From positions 1-64,000 of the IMG/VR virus record IMGVR_UViG_3300031707_000001: a stretch of DNA of 64,000 bases, one strand, 5' to 3'. Shown piece after piece: positions 38,437-46,756 of the stretch (position 1 is its first letter; each line of letters starts with the position of its first letter). A program made the translations under genes and the position numbers. The notes under the pieces were generated by a model that saw nothing but the letters and a program-made list of their open reading frames with translations, had not been told where the DNA came from and did not search any database.

Positions 38437-39084
38437 ATGACATTAAAGCCATCAGAAGCGTTTGAAGATCCCGTCCGCTTTAAGAAGCTTACCGATCGAT
38501 GGAATCGGATTACCAATATCGGTGGGGTAACTGTAAACAAAGACGTTTCAGTTTCTGAGGTAGAAAAGCGGTACCTCAGAGTATTCGATGTCTATAAACA
38601 GTTCTACACCAAACGCTGGCGTCCGGCCTTTGATGCAGTTGTCAAAGCAAAGCAGGCCCACGCCAAGCCATCGCACAAACATACGTGTATGGGCAAGATC
38701 GAACCGGACGGTACGGTTTGTGAATGTTGGTGGTTGTATAAGGGTTACATCAACGATTGGGGTACATCAATTGGATTTGACTGGGTAGCAAAACCTAAGA
38801 AGCCAAAGAATTTGAAAGTTGGCCAGGCATACTACGATGTGGATCAACGTTCGAATATTGTGCATGGGCGTAAGCTTAGGTTTGGTGCTGTACTTGACAG
38901 CATGATCATTGGCGAACTGTACAAGCAATTACCACATCCGAATAAGTCTGGACCAAAGATCGTCAGGGTCATCGTCAACGATCGTGTTTACTGGTATCAG
39001 ACGATATCCTACCATCATGGTGGATTGATATGGTCAAGATTGGCCTGGCCGGAAGACGAATTGCAAGGAGTTGTATTGAAGTAA
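38437..39084 (+). CDS. Hypothetical protein
   Basis: 215 aa, AGGAGG upstream. Confidence 0.7.
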   Translation: MTLKPSEAFEDPVRFKKLTDRWNRITNIGGVTVNKDVSVSEVEKRYLRVFDVYKQFYTKRWRPAFDAVVKAKQAHAKPSHKHTCMGKIEPDGTVCECWWLYKGYINDWGTSIGFDWVAKPKKPKNLKVGQAYYDVDQRSNIVHGRKLRFGAVLDSMIIGELYKQLPHPNKSGPKIVRVIVNDRVYWYQTISYHHGGLIWSRLAWPEDELQGVVLK

Positions 39085-39094
39085 GAATGCCCAC

Positions 39095-39263
39095 GACTCC
39101 TCTTGATCCGTAGGAGCTTTGAAAAGGGTGAAATAAACGGATCCCTCTTCCCTTGCTCGGCCGCTGACAGGTCGGAGCACTTGGTCCCGTCGTGCAGTCC
39201 AAGTCAGAAAAAGCACGATCCCTGGTGGAGAGATCCCACCTGACAGCCGGGAACAGACCGGCC
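39095..39263 (+). ncRNA. Unknown double-pseudoknot ncRNA upstream of tRNA-His
   Basis: CTCCT/AGGAG with GATCCGT/ACGGATC; ACTTGG/CCAAGT with TCGTGC/GCACGA; terminal hairpins. Confidence 0.65.
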
Positions 39264-39270
39264 TATCGAC

Positions 39271-39346
39271 GCAGTTGTTGGTGCAGAGGTTAGCACGTCA
39301 GGCTGTGATCCTGAAAACATGGATTCGAATTCCATACAACTGACCA
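39271..39346 (+). tRNA. tRNA-His(GUG), G-1 opposite A73
   Basis: Loop CT-GTG-AT, CCA. Confidence 0.88.
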
Positions 39347-39361
39347 TTTCAAGGAGGAACT

Positions 39362-39721
39362 ATGGCTAAAGCAACGTCATGTGGGGTAAAGAAAAGACAT
39401 TTCAATTCAAACGGCGACTACCATCCTTTCATATGCGGGCGGTTGAAAGGGCATACTAACAAGCACGAATGTCATTGTGGCTGCGGACATCAATGGGGCA
39501 CAAACAAGCAGGGGAAGAACGTAAGACTCAGCAACAAAGAAAAGTGTATTATTGCATTTGTACAGGGAGCTCAATGGTGGGAGTTTTACAAAACAAAATT
39601 TACTATGTGGCAAAGTGATCGTAATTTGGCTTTAGCGGAAGCTACAAGGCGGGCAAAGGGCGGGTTGCTTGGAATAGTACCCATTGTTGAAAGAATTCAT
39701 CGAAATCGAAAGGAAGTATAG
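39362..39721 (+). CDS. Hypothetical protein
   Basis: AAGGAGG RBS. Confidence 0.6.
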   Translation: MAKATSCGVKKRHFNSNGDYHPFICGRLKGHTNKHECHCGCGHQWGTNKQGKNVRLSNKEKCIIAFVQGAQWWEFYKTKFTMWQSDRNLALAEATRRAKGGLLGIVPIVERIHRNRKEV

Positions 39722-39723
39722 CT

Positions 39724-40014
39724 ATGACCATATGGAAATATATCTTGAAGCCGACCTGTGAAATAGAGATGCCAACGGGTGCGCAGATTCTGAGTGTACA
39801 CGCACAACCTAACAAAGCACCACCGTTCAAACTTGACGGAGAAGAGATTTGTATTTGGGCGAAAGTGGAACCCGCAAATCCCAAAGAGACACGTAAGTTC
39901 GTTGTATTTGGGACAGGTCATCCTGTACCGTGTGAATTGCATATGCAGTTTTTGGGTACGGCATTGTTGCACGGCGGGCTATTTACCTATCACGTATTCG
40001 AGGTGTTGCCATGA
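39724..40014 (+). CDS. Conserved phage hypothetical protein
   Basis: TIWKY..MPTGAQILSVHAQ..VFGTGH..HVFE. Confidence 0.75.
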   Translation: MTIWKYILKPTCEIEMPTGAQILSVHAQPNKAPPFKLDGEEICIWAKVEPANPKETRKFVVFGTGHPVPCELHMQFLGTALLHGGLFTYHVFEVLP

Positions 40015-40147
40015 CCGAAAAAGAGATAGAGCAAGACAAGTATGCAGAGCTTATAATTTCTATGTGTACAGACTTCCTACTGAAGAAGCTGACGTGGGAA
40101 ACTGTAGTGAGCAACTTGAAGCTGATCATAACACAGATAGGTAAGCT

Positions 40148-40384
40148 ATGAAAACTGTACCAAATGATTGGGGACATCCCTGGATGGATTGGCCAGATTG
40201 GAAACATCGTGCTTGGATGAAACTACATCTTTACATTTTGGTTGAGGGTATTAAAGGTGGGGCAGGATTGACGGCCGAACAAAAAGGTTGTAAAGAAAGG
40301 GAAGCATTACGAACTGGAAGACCTCAATATGATGTAGCTCATTGTAATGAGTTAATCAGACGAGCCGATTCTATCGTTATATAG
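40148..40384 (+). CDS. Hypothetical protein
   Basis: 78 aa. Confidence 0.5.
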   Translation: MKTVPNDWGHPWMDWPDWKHRAWMKLHLYILVEGIKGGAGLTAEQKGCKEREALRTGRPQYDVAHCNELIRRADSIVI

Positions 40385-40392
40385 GTATAATT

Positions 40393-40659
40393 ATGAACCG
40401 CAAACAGGTTACACAGGGATCATTAGCAGAGGCAGAGCGCCTGGTTCGTCTCAACATGGAGACACAGCTGCGGCTTAAGGGATATGGAACGTTTGCTTCC
40501 AGGCATGAAATCCTGGGATCTGTAACGGAAGAATACCACGAACTTGTTGATGCAGTACACCGCAACGACATGTTCGATTGTGAAAAAGAGTTGGCAGATG
40601 TCGCCGTAGCTGCTATATTCGGGCTGGCATGTATTAAGGAAAAATCTTTGGATTGGTAG
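40393..40659 (+). CDS. Small MazG-like protein
   Basis: HEILGSVTEEYHEL..ELADVAVAA. Confidence 0.65.
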   Translation: MNRKQVTQGSLAEAERLVRLNMETQLRLKGYGTFASRHEILGSVTEEYHELVDAVHRNDMFDCEKELADVAVAAIFGLACIKEKSLDW

Positions 40660-40721
40660 GAGAATGATTATGAACTTCCGGAGGAACGCAGTCTTCTGAT
40701 ATACTAACATCAGGAGGCTGT

Positions 40722-41024
40722 ATGAGCAGAACGTATAGAGACGGTGTAGAGTGGCTGTACAAGTTGCACGGCCATTACTACGAACAACCCCCAGCTGGGA
40801 CGTCATGGCAAGACTGGGAGTCCTGGCGTGGGGTCCATCTGGCACGTATTGAGAACAGTCGGTGTCGGGATGGCAAGTTCAAGAACGGGCTAATGACCAG
40901 TCCTTCGGCGCCGTGGTTCAAAGTCATACGCCGGCGTGAGCGTCGGCATGCAGAGAACCAGGCGGTGTACCTGGGAAAAGAGCCGCCACGCTTCAAAAAG
41001 ACCGATCGTTGGGAGTGGTGGTAA
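40722..41024 (+). CDS. Hypothetical basic protein
   Basis: AGGAGG RBS. Confidence 0.6.
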   Translation: MSRTYRDGVEWLYKLHGHYYEQPPAGTSWQDWESWRGVHLARIENSRCRDGKFKNGLMTSPSAPWFKVIRRRERRHAENQAVYLGKEPPRFKKTDRWEWW

Positions 41025-41077
41025 AAGCCTTAATTCCTTAAGGAATTAGGGTATAACTAATGTAGAGAATTTCATAT

Positions 41078-41446
41078 GGGGCTGTCACGGTGTCGACTCA
41101 GGGATGAGCGAACCAGTAGCATGCCGTGCAATGCACAGTTGGGCACGTTAAAATCATCCTGTGTACAAGTAAGTGGTAACACACTGAAACTCGCTGCCTA
41201 GCAATAGGCAACTAGGAAACCGGGCGACTCCGATAGCCCGGGAGTACGACTATTCATCGGAAACCACAGGTGAGGCTGGACCCTGAGAATAATCCAGACC
41301 AGGTTGTCTGACCTGGTTGAAAAAACAGACTGGTGGACGTGCTAGGAAACTGGCGCCCCCTCGGTTGCTGGACCTAAACCAGATAAGCATGTAGTTGCTG
41401 TTAGCAAACTCTGAACACGGGAGTTCAACTCTCCCCAGCTCCACCA
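41078..41446 (+). ncRNA. ssrA: tmRNA; tag ORF 41175-41201 GNTLKLAA*
   Basis: GGGGCTG/CAGCTCC-A-CCA with G3.U70, T arm, GCATGC/GCATGT helix, GTAAGT resume context. Confidence 0.93.
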
Positions 41447-41452
41447 TTTTTT

Positions 41453-41761
41453 GAGGACAGTATTCGGTGAATGGATACCGATATAACTTGGGGTATCAAT
41501 CCTGTGACAAGTATCATTGTGGTTCTAGGTGCGTGTTTGTAGGATTCATGCCAAGCTATCCTGCATCATGTGGACTTAACTGCATTAGAGAAAGGACACA
41601 GTTAGGAAAGCCAAGTTGAACAATGTTATACGCCTTCAGGTAGGCGCTGGATAGGGTTATAAATAAGCAGGCACCGAATCCAGAAGCCACTGCGCAACGG
41701 ATTTCCAATCCTCAGCGTTGTTGACACCCGAAAGTTCCAGGTTCGATTCCTGGCTGTCCTC
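41453..41761 (+). ncRNA. Large tRNA-like RNA with a ~245-nt insert in place of the anticodon loop
   Basis: GAGGACAG/CTGTCCTC acceptor, CCAGG-TTCGATT-CCTGG T arm, TCGGT/ACCGA D-like arm, TTGGG/CCCGA stem. Confidence 0.65.
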
Positions 41762-42030
41762 ATTTCTCTTTTCAATCAACAGTGTAACAGTGATTGTCGG
41801 CGGCGTAAGGAAGACGGTTGTCAGGCTCAAAGAGCACAACACCGGTGTTGTAAAGACTACCACCCTTACGCCGCCGTTCGTTTTCAACAATCAACAAAGG
41901 AGGCTAAAATCAACAAAAACGACAAGCAGCACTTAAACTCACTCGGTGTTGCTTTTTCGTAATACTTAAGTAGTGAGTATGCAGATCAAGTGCTCAATGA
42001 CGCTAATATACATGCGTCTAGGAGTTACGG

Positions 42031-43125
42031 ATGCAAACAGAATACGAAAAGACAATAGTATGCAAAACGGAAGACGGAAAGAAAACGCTGCGGGGCGGAG
42101 AAGCTATTCTTCGTCATTTGGGTGCTCTACCTGTATCGGAGTACACTCGGAAGGAACTGCTTGAGATGAAACCTGAGATTCCTCAGGGGATTCTCGATCA
42201 GCTCCAGATACGGCGTGACGAACCGGACTTCGTATTGTACTGGGTGTTCCCTCCAGATGTTGCTCGAAAGGTTGTTGATCATTATCATGGGAACAACCGG
42301 AAGATAAGTGCAGTAACGACTAAGGAAATCGAAAAAGCAATCCTCAAGGATTTGTTTTTCATCGATTCGTCGGACGCTCTGCGCTTCACAGTTGAAGGTC
42401 CGTTGGATGATGGACAGAATCGACTAACGGGTGCAGCAAATAGTGGTAAGACCGTAGTGCTGCCCTGCGTGTTTAACGTGCCAACATGGCACTTGGGCGC
42501 TCAGGTTGGCAAGCGAAGGGATACTGTCGAACAGTTCATATGCCGAATTCTTGCTCCACAGCTGAAGCAGGACCTGGGAGGCGATGGTCGTATCTACCAG
42601 TTCGTCAGTGCGTTGCGGGTGGCTTTCCATCCGTTTCGGCCTAGGCGTTCCGAAGTAATTGCCGATGCATATCGCTCGGTCGAGTTAGCACAGGCGTTGA
42701 TTCGGGAGTTTGCTCAGGCAATTTGCAATTTGCCTAGGGTAAAAGCAAGACGGTCACCGTTCGGAAAAGCGGTAATTACGTTTCCGTTCTTCCTTGCGTC
42801 ATACACGATGGATACGGAGTTGCTGCTTGGCAGCTCTCGAACTCTCGTGGACCTGAATAACTGCGCCGTGCCTTATCGGCCGATTGCAGCATTCAGAGGC
42901 TATGCGATGCCTTTGCTCAGTAGTCAGTCGGCAGAGGCGGAGGATATCAGCCTGAAGGTCATGATGAACCTTCTTTGGGCCTTGAATGCTGTACATGAGG
43001 GGAATACCAAATGGGTGCCCAACCTGAAGTTTTCTGGCACGATTGTTGAAGCTCGTGCCTGGGGCATTCCGTTCAAATGGCCCAAGAAGCTTCTAGACCT
43101 GGTGCCTGAATTACAGGTGTGTTAG
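42031..43125 (+). CDS. ParB-like/DGQHR-domain protein
   Basis: NNRKIS..LDDGQNRL motif. Confidence 0.6.
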   Translation: MQTEYEKTIVCKTEDGKKTLRGGEAILRHLGALPVSEYTRKELLEMKPEIPQGILDQLQIRRDEPDFVLYWVFPPDVARKVVDHYHGNNRKISAVTTKEIEKAILKDLFFIDSSDALRFTVEGPLDDGQNRLTGAANSGKTVVLPCVFNVPTWHLGAQVGKRRDTVEQFICRILAPQLKQDLGGDGRIYQFVSALRVAFHPFRPRRSEVIADAYRSVELAQALIREFAQAICNLPRVKARRSPFGKAVITFPFFLASYTMDTELLLGSSRTLVDLNNCAVPYRPIAAFRGYAMPLLSSQSAEAEDISLKVMMNLLWALNAVHEGNTKWVPNLKFSGTIVEARAWGIPFKWPKKLLDLVPELQVC

Positions 43126-43134
43126 TAATCTGGG

Positions 43135-43170
43135 TGGGCCCACAGGAAATACCTGTGGGCCCATCTGCTT
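43135..43170 (+). terminator. Probable terminator hairpin
   Basis: Perfect 12-bp TGGGCCCACAGG/CCTGTGGGCCCA, weak U tract. Confidence 0.6.
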
Positions 43171-43360
43171 TGTTCTGCTTGGGGGCGTTCTGTTTAGCTA
43201 TCGGTTAGGCATGAATTAGATGGTTGTGCCAAACTGCATAAGCAGACAGTTGTCGCTGACAGACATATGGGTTCACGCCCAGTTCTTGGTGGAGTATTCC
43301 AAACGGAAGCTTCAATTGACAGTGTAACAATGTATTAAGATCCAACGAAGGAGTTAAACA

Positions 43361-44809
43361 GTGTCTGAAGATCTTGAAAGAATGAGCCGGCCGCAACTGG
43401 TAAAAGTCATCAAAGATATGCAGACGGAGCTGGATCAGATATCCAGTGACGTCTCAGTAAAGCGGGGAACGTCAGATATCGTCCTTCCGAACAATATGAG
43501 CTACGATGAGGCCATCGAATGGCTCTATCGGAAGAAGGAAGAAGACGAGACTGTCGTGGACCTGCAGCACCAAATCCAATGTCACCCGCTGGACGGGGCA
43601 TATGCCTTATTGAAGGCTATTCAGAAACGCTTTGGCTGGGCCAACATGATTCCCACTCCGGGATTCTTTGGTCCGACGCCACCGAGTATGATCACAATGC
43701 GTGTGGGTCCTGAAGAGAGTGATACGGTTATGGTGCCCTGGGGGCACATGCAGATTCCCGGTTTTGCCGGCATCATCTACGTTGACTACCAGGCGGTTGA
43801 TTCAATACCGGCATTTGTTATCGGCGCCAGCACCAAGAAGAAGGATCAGGCCAAGTTCTATGAACTGGCCAAGCTGGCACAGCACTTCGTGGAGACGGAA
43901 TCCGTCTACCACCGCAAAGCCCTGAGCATGAAGCTCGACTGGGTCAGGGAAGGACGCAAGTTCGATCCCAGAGTCGATGGATTCAAGTTCATCAATTTGA
44001 GTGGGGTCAAAGAGGATCAGCTGATCTTCGATAAAACGACCACTGACATCCTGGAAGCCACACTGTTCTCGTTCATCGAGAACGTGGAGACATGCCGGAA
44101 GCTGCATATCCCGTTGAAGCGTGGTGTATTGCTGGAAGGACCCTATGGCGTTGGCAAGACGTTGACAGCGTACATTACGGCCAAGAAGGCAATTGACAAC
44201 GGATTCACGTTTATCCTCATTGAGGATTCCCGTGATCTGGACAAGATCATCACCATGGCTCGGCGCTATCAGCCGTGTGTTCTCTTCTGTGAGGACATCG
44301 ACCGCATAGTATCGGGACAGCGTGACATTACCGTTGACAGCCTGCTCAATACCATTGACGGGTTGCAGTCGAAGGGTGGTGAGATGATCCTGGTGCTTAC
44401 CAGCAACAACGTGGAGAACATCAATCAGGCCATGCTGCGGCCGGGCCGGCTCGACGCCGTGATTCGGCTGGAGTCTCCTGATGCAGAGGCCGTGGAACGT
44501 TTGATCCGGTATTATGCTGGGTCGTTGTTGTCGCCCACTTCCAACATCAGTTCGGCAGCAGCCAAGCTGCAGGGTAACATTCCGGCTACAATCCGGGAGG
44601 TTATCGAGCGTGCCAAGATGATAAGTATGACCAAGGGTCGTATGGGCGATGGGTCCATTACCGGTGACGACCTGGACATATCGGCCGAATCCATGAAGCG
44701 TCAACTGCAACTGTTGATTCCGAAGCCTCAGGTGCAGGACAGACTTCAGCTCTTTGGAGCGGTGGTTGGCGAGCACATCGCCGAAGCCATCACAAACTTC
44801 AAGGAATAA
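43361..44809 (+). CDS. AAA+ ATPase (CDC48/FtsH-type module)
   Basis: GPYGVGKT Walker A, LFCEDID Walker B, MLRPGRLD SRH. Confidence 0.9.
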   Translation: MSEDLERMSRPQLVKVIKDMQTELDQISSDVSVKRGTSDIVLPNNMSYDEAIEWLYRKKEEDETVVDLQHQIQCHPLDGAYALLKAIQKRFGWANMIPTPGFFGPTPPSMITMRVGPEESDTVMVPWGHMQIPGFAGIIYVDYQAVDSIPAFVIGASTKKKDQAKFYELAKLAQHFVETESVYHRKALSMKLDWVREGRKFDPRVDGFKFINLSGVKEDQLIFDKTTTDILEATLFSFIENVETCRKLHIPLKRGVLLEGPYGVGKTLTAYITAKKAIDNGFTFILIEDSRDLDKIITMARRYQPCVLFCEDIDRIVSGQRDITVDSLLNTIDGLQSKGGEMILVLTSNNVENINQAMLRPGRLDAVIRLESPDAEAVERLIRYYAGSLLSPTSNISSAAAKLQGNIPATIREVIERAKMISMTKGRMGDGSITGDDLDISAESMKRQLQLLIPKPQVQDRLQLFGAVVGEHIAEAITNFKE

Positions 44810-44879
44810 TTTACGGTATTCGTTGCCGTTACCCCGTGGCAACTGAAATATAACGGGGTGGCTATTTTAGGAGTAAGTC

Positions 44880-45263
44880 ATGGGCAAAGTTCAAAAGTAT
44901 TTCTACTATGCTCGTCTGATGAACTGTGGAACATCACACGATAGGTTTGGCTATTCCACACTGAAGGATGCTAGTGCCGTATGCTTGGCTGTGCGTATAT
45001 TGGAGCAGTTCAGTTCAGCTGTAGTAAAGAAGGCAAAAAAGGGAATGTTCATGTACGATTTGGCCTGCCTTATTTTACGCCATCTGAATATAGATTTGAA
45101 GAAGCTGCCGGAGGACATTCAGACAGCTGAACGCAGAACCCATTATTGGTGCCATTCCAGAAAACGAAATGAAATAGTATTGCATGCAGATACAAACCTG
45201 GTTTGGCTTGAACCTGAAAAACCGTCAACGAGGATTATGCCCAATGTCAAGAATACTCGATGA
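44880..45263 (+). CDS. Hypothetical protein
   Basis: AGGAG RBS. Confidence 0.6.
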   Translation: MGKVQKYFYYARLMNCGTSHDRFGYSTLKDASAVCLAVRILEQFSSAVVKKAKKGMFMYDLACLILRHLNIDLKKLPEDIQTAERRTHYWCHSRKRNEIVLHADTNLVWLEPEKPSTRIMPNVKNTR

Positions 45264-45504
45264 TGCAGAACTTCGGAGAATTCACCTGGCCGAGCACAAT
45301 GGGTTGCCTCTCCACGAGTTGGCCAAAATGTATCGTGTGCATCAAACCAAATTGAGGCGGCAGTTGGATGCTTGGCGCCAGGCAAGAAATCTGTTGGGCG
45401 TAGTCAAAGTCACACAGGCACAATTGTGTGAAGCAGCCGATCGTGTAATAGAATCCGACCTATCCTCCCGGGATACAAATCGGAACTGGTTGTTTGCAAA
45501 ATGA
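45238..45504 (+). CDS. Small HTH-like protein
   Basis: LPLHELAKMYRVHQTKLRR; GAGG before ATG 45238. Confidence 0.5.
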   Translation, partial: CPMSRILDDAELRRIHLAEHNGLPLHELAKMYRVHQTKLRRQLDAWRQARNLLGVVKVTQAQLCEAADRVIESDLSSRDTNRNWLFAK

Positions 45505-45695
45505 AAACCAAGACCAAAAAGAACACTCTAACAAAGATCCAGAAGACGCTTAAAAAATGGCGACGTAGGGGCTGTACTGGTTTGACTGCATACCCATATT
45601 ACGAAGACGCCCAATATGCCTGTAGAGGCACCAAGGGTGCTGTTTCCTATATGTGCCATCGTTGCTATAAGTGGCATATAGGGGTATGCGTATAA
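45501..45695 (+). CDS. Hypothetical protein
   Basis: YMCHRCYKWHI. Confidence 0.5.
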   Translation: MKTKTKKNTLTKIQKTLKKWRRRGCTGLTAYPYYEDAQYACRGTKGAVSYMCHRCYKWHIGVCV

Positions 45696-45746
45696 TCATG
45701 CTTGCAATCTGACTGTTGTTATGTTTCAATATGGACATGATAACAG

Positions 45747-45827
45747 AGGCAGTTACAGCTAAGTCGTTAAGTAAGCGCTTCGGCGTAGCCGGATCAGTGT
45801 GGTCCGGAATGACCTAGCTGTCTGCCT
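45747..45827 (+). ncRNA. Structured RNA upstream of terminator and tRNA cluster
   Basis: AGGCAG/CTGCCT, ACAGCTA/TAGCTGT, GTC/GAC closing two hairpins (GC-TTCG-GC; CCGGATC/GGTCCGG). Confidence 0.55.
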
Positions 45828-45845
45828 AAACCATTTGATAGACAG

Positions 45846-45875
45846 GCAGCTCCCTGAAAAGGAAGCTGCTTTTTT
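45846..45875 (+). terminator. Rho-independent terminator
   Basis: GCAGCT..CC/GG..AGCTGC followed by T6. Confidence 0.7.
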
Positions 45876-45879
45876 GTTT

Positions 45880-45955
45880 GGCGACTTAGCTCAGTTGGTA
45901 GAGCAGCAGACTGAAAATCTGCGTGTCTCCAGTTCGATTCTGGAAGTCGCCACCA
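45880..45955 (+). tRNA. tRNA-Phe(GAA)
   Basis: Loop CT-GAA-AA, CCA. Confidence 0.95.
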
Positions 45956-45982
45956 GGATCTTTGACAATTGAATTAGGTGAA

Positions 45983-46056
45983 GCGTGGTTGGCCTAATGG
46001 TTGGGTCCCAGCCTTCCAAGCTGGCTACGTGAGTTCGATCCTCACACCACGCTCCA
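45983..46056 (+). tRNA. tRNA-Gly(UCC)
   Basis: Loop CT-TCC-AA, U73, CCA. Confidence 0.92.
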
Positions 46057-46062
46057 TTGTTC

Positions 46063-46120
46063 GGGGTGGTAGCCTAATGGACAGGGCAACAGTCCTCTAA
46101 ACTGTTTTGTGCGGGTTCGA
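46063..46120 (+). pseudogene. tRNA-Arg(UCU) truncated in the T loop
   Basis: D and anticodon arms intact (CC-TCT-AA); ends at GCGGGTTCGA with no complementary 3' part. Confidence 0.7.
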
Positions 46121-46257
46121 CGGAACGATCGTGAAATCCCTGTTTTGCAGGATAGACAACGTACTGTAAGTGTCAACGGTTGCATACCCAGACGGCCGGC
46201 ATGTCTAGGTGGAGTGGTTCGATTCCACAGGTACACGGAACGTTCGTGAAATCCCTG
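46120..46257 (+). repeat. 23-bp direct repeat (46120-46142, 46235-46257) flanking a degenerate tRNA-like unit
   Basis: ACGGAACG(A/T)TCGTGAAATCCCTG twice; inner unit has a GTGG-TTCGATT-CCAC T arm. Confidence 0.7.
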
Positions 46258-46271
46258 CTTTATTCGTTTTT

Positions 46272-46403
46272 GACATGCGACGTGCGTATTGTTCGCACTA
46301 TGACTTGGTGAACGTGCTAGCCAACGTTCCCGTATGTGTACTGCCTACAGGCCAATAACCTGTTGAACCAGCAGAGCCAGCTCTGACAACCTGGCCGCAT
46401 GTC
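46272..46403 (+). ncRNA. Multibranch structured RNA
   Basis: GACATGCG/CGCATGTC closes hairpins GTGCG/CGCAC, GAACGT/ACGTTC, ACAGG/CCTGT, CAGAGC/GCTCTG. Confidence 0.5.
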
Positions 46404-46408
46404 TCTAT

Positions 46409-46484
46409 GGAGGTGTAGCTCAGTTGATAGAGCAGCCGGCTCTTAACCGGCGGGTCGTGGGTTTGAATCCCTCCACCTCTACCA
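46409..46484 (+). tRNA. tRNA-Lys(CUU)
   Basis: Loop CT-CTT-AA, CCA. Confidence 0.9.
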
Positions 46485-46512
46485 TTTCGTTAACGTCAAC
46501 AAAAAGGAAAAG

Positions 46513-46723
46513 TATGAGTCCGTTTAGCTATTATTTGATTACGTTGTTGAGTGAGGCAACACTCATTCGAGTGGCGTTGAAGACAGACGTAGACGTTGAG
46601 TTTTACATGGAACCGGAAGGTATAGCACAGCTTTTGGCTTTGCTTCCTCCACACGTACGAAGCATTGGTCCAATTGTAGACGTTGAAGAGATATTTGACG
46701 TCGTAGACGCAACAGTGAAGTAA
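46513..46723 (+). CDS. Hypothetical protein
   Basis: AAGGA RBS. Confidence 0.5.
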
Positions 46724-46756
46724 ATACAGTGAAACAGTAGAAAGGATAGTGTTGGT

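Noticed and set aside
41453-41761. Definite group I intron-containing tRNA, or tRNA-Sec
   Set aside because: CAATCCTGTG resembles a group I P4/P6 segment, but I could not find ordered P3/P7 elements or a splice giving a canonical loop; there is no UCA anticodon, long V arm or G73 for Sec. Kept only as a hypothesis.
43316-43346. Promoter TTGACA..TAAGAT before the AAA ATPase
   Set aside because: The spacer is only 14 nt, so it cannot be supported.
46120-46257. CRISPR-like mini-array
   Set aside because: Only two repeats with a 92-nt structured spacer, and no cas genes or leader.
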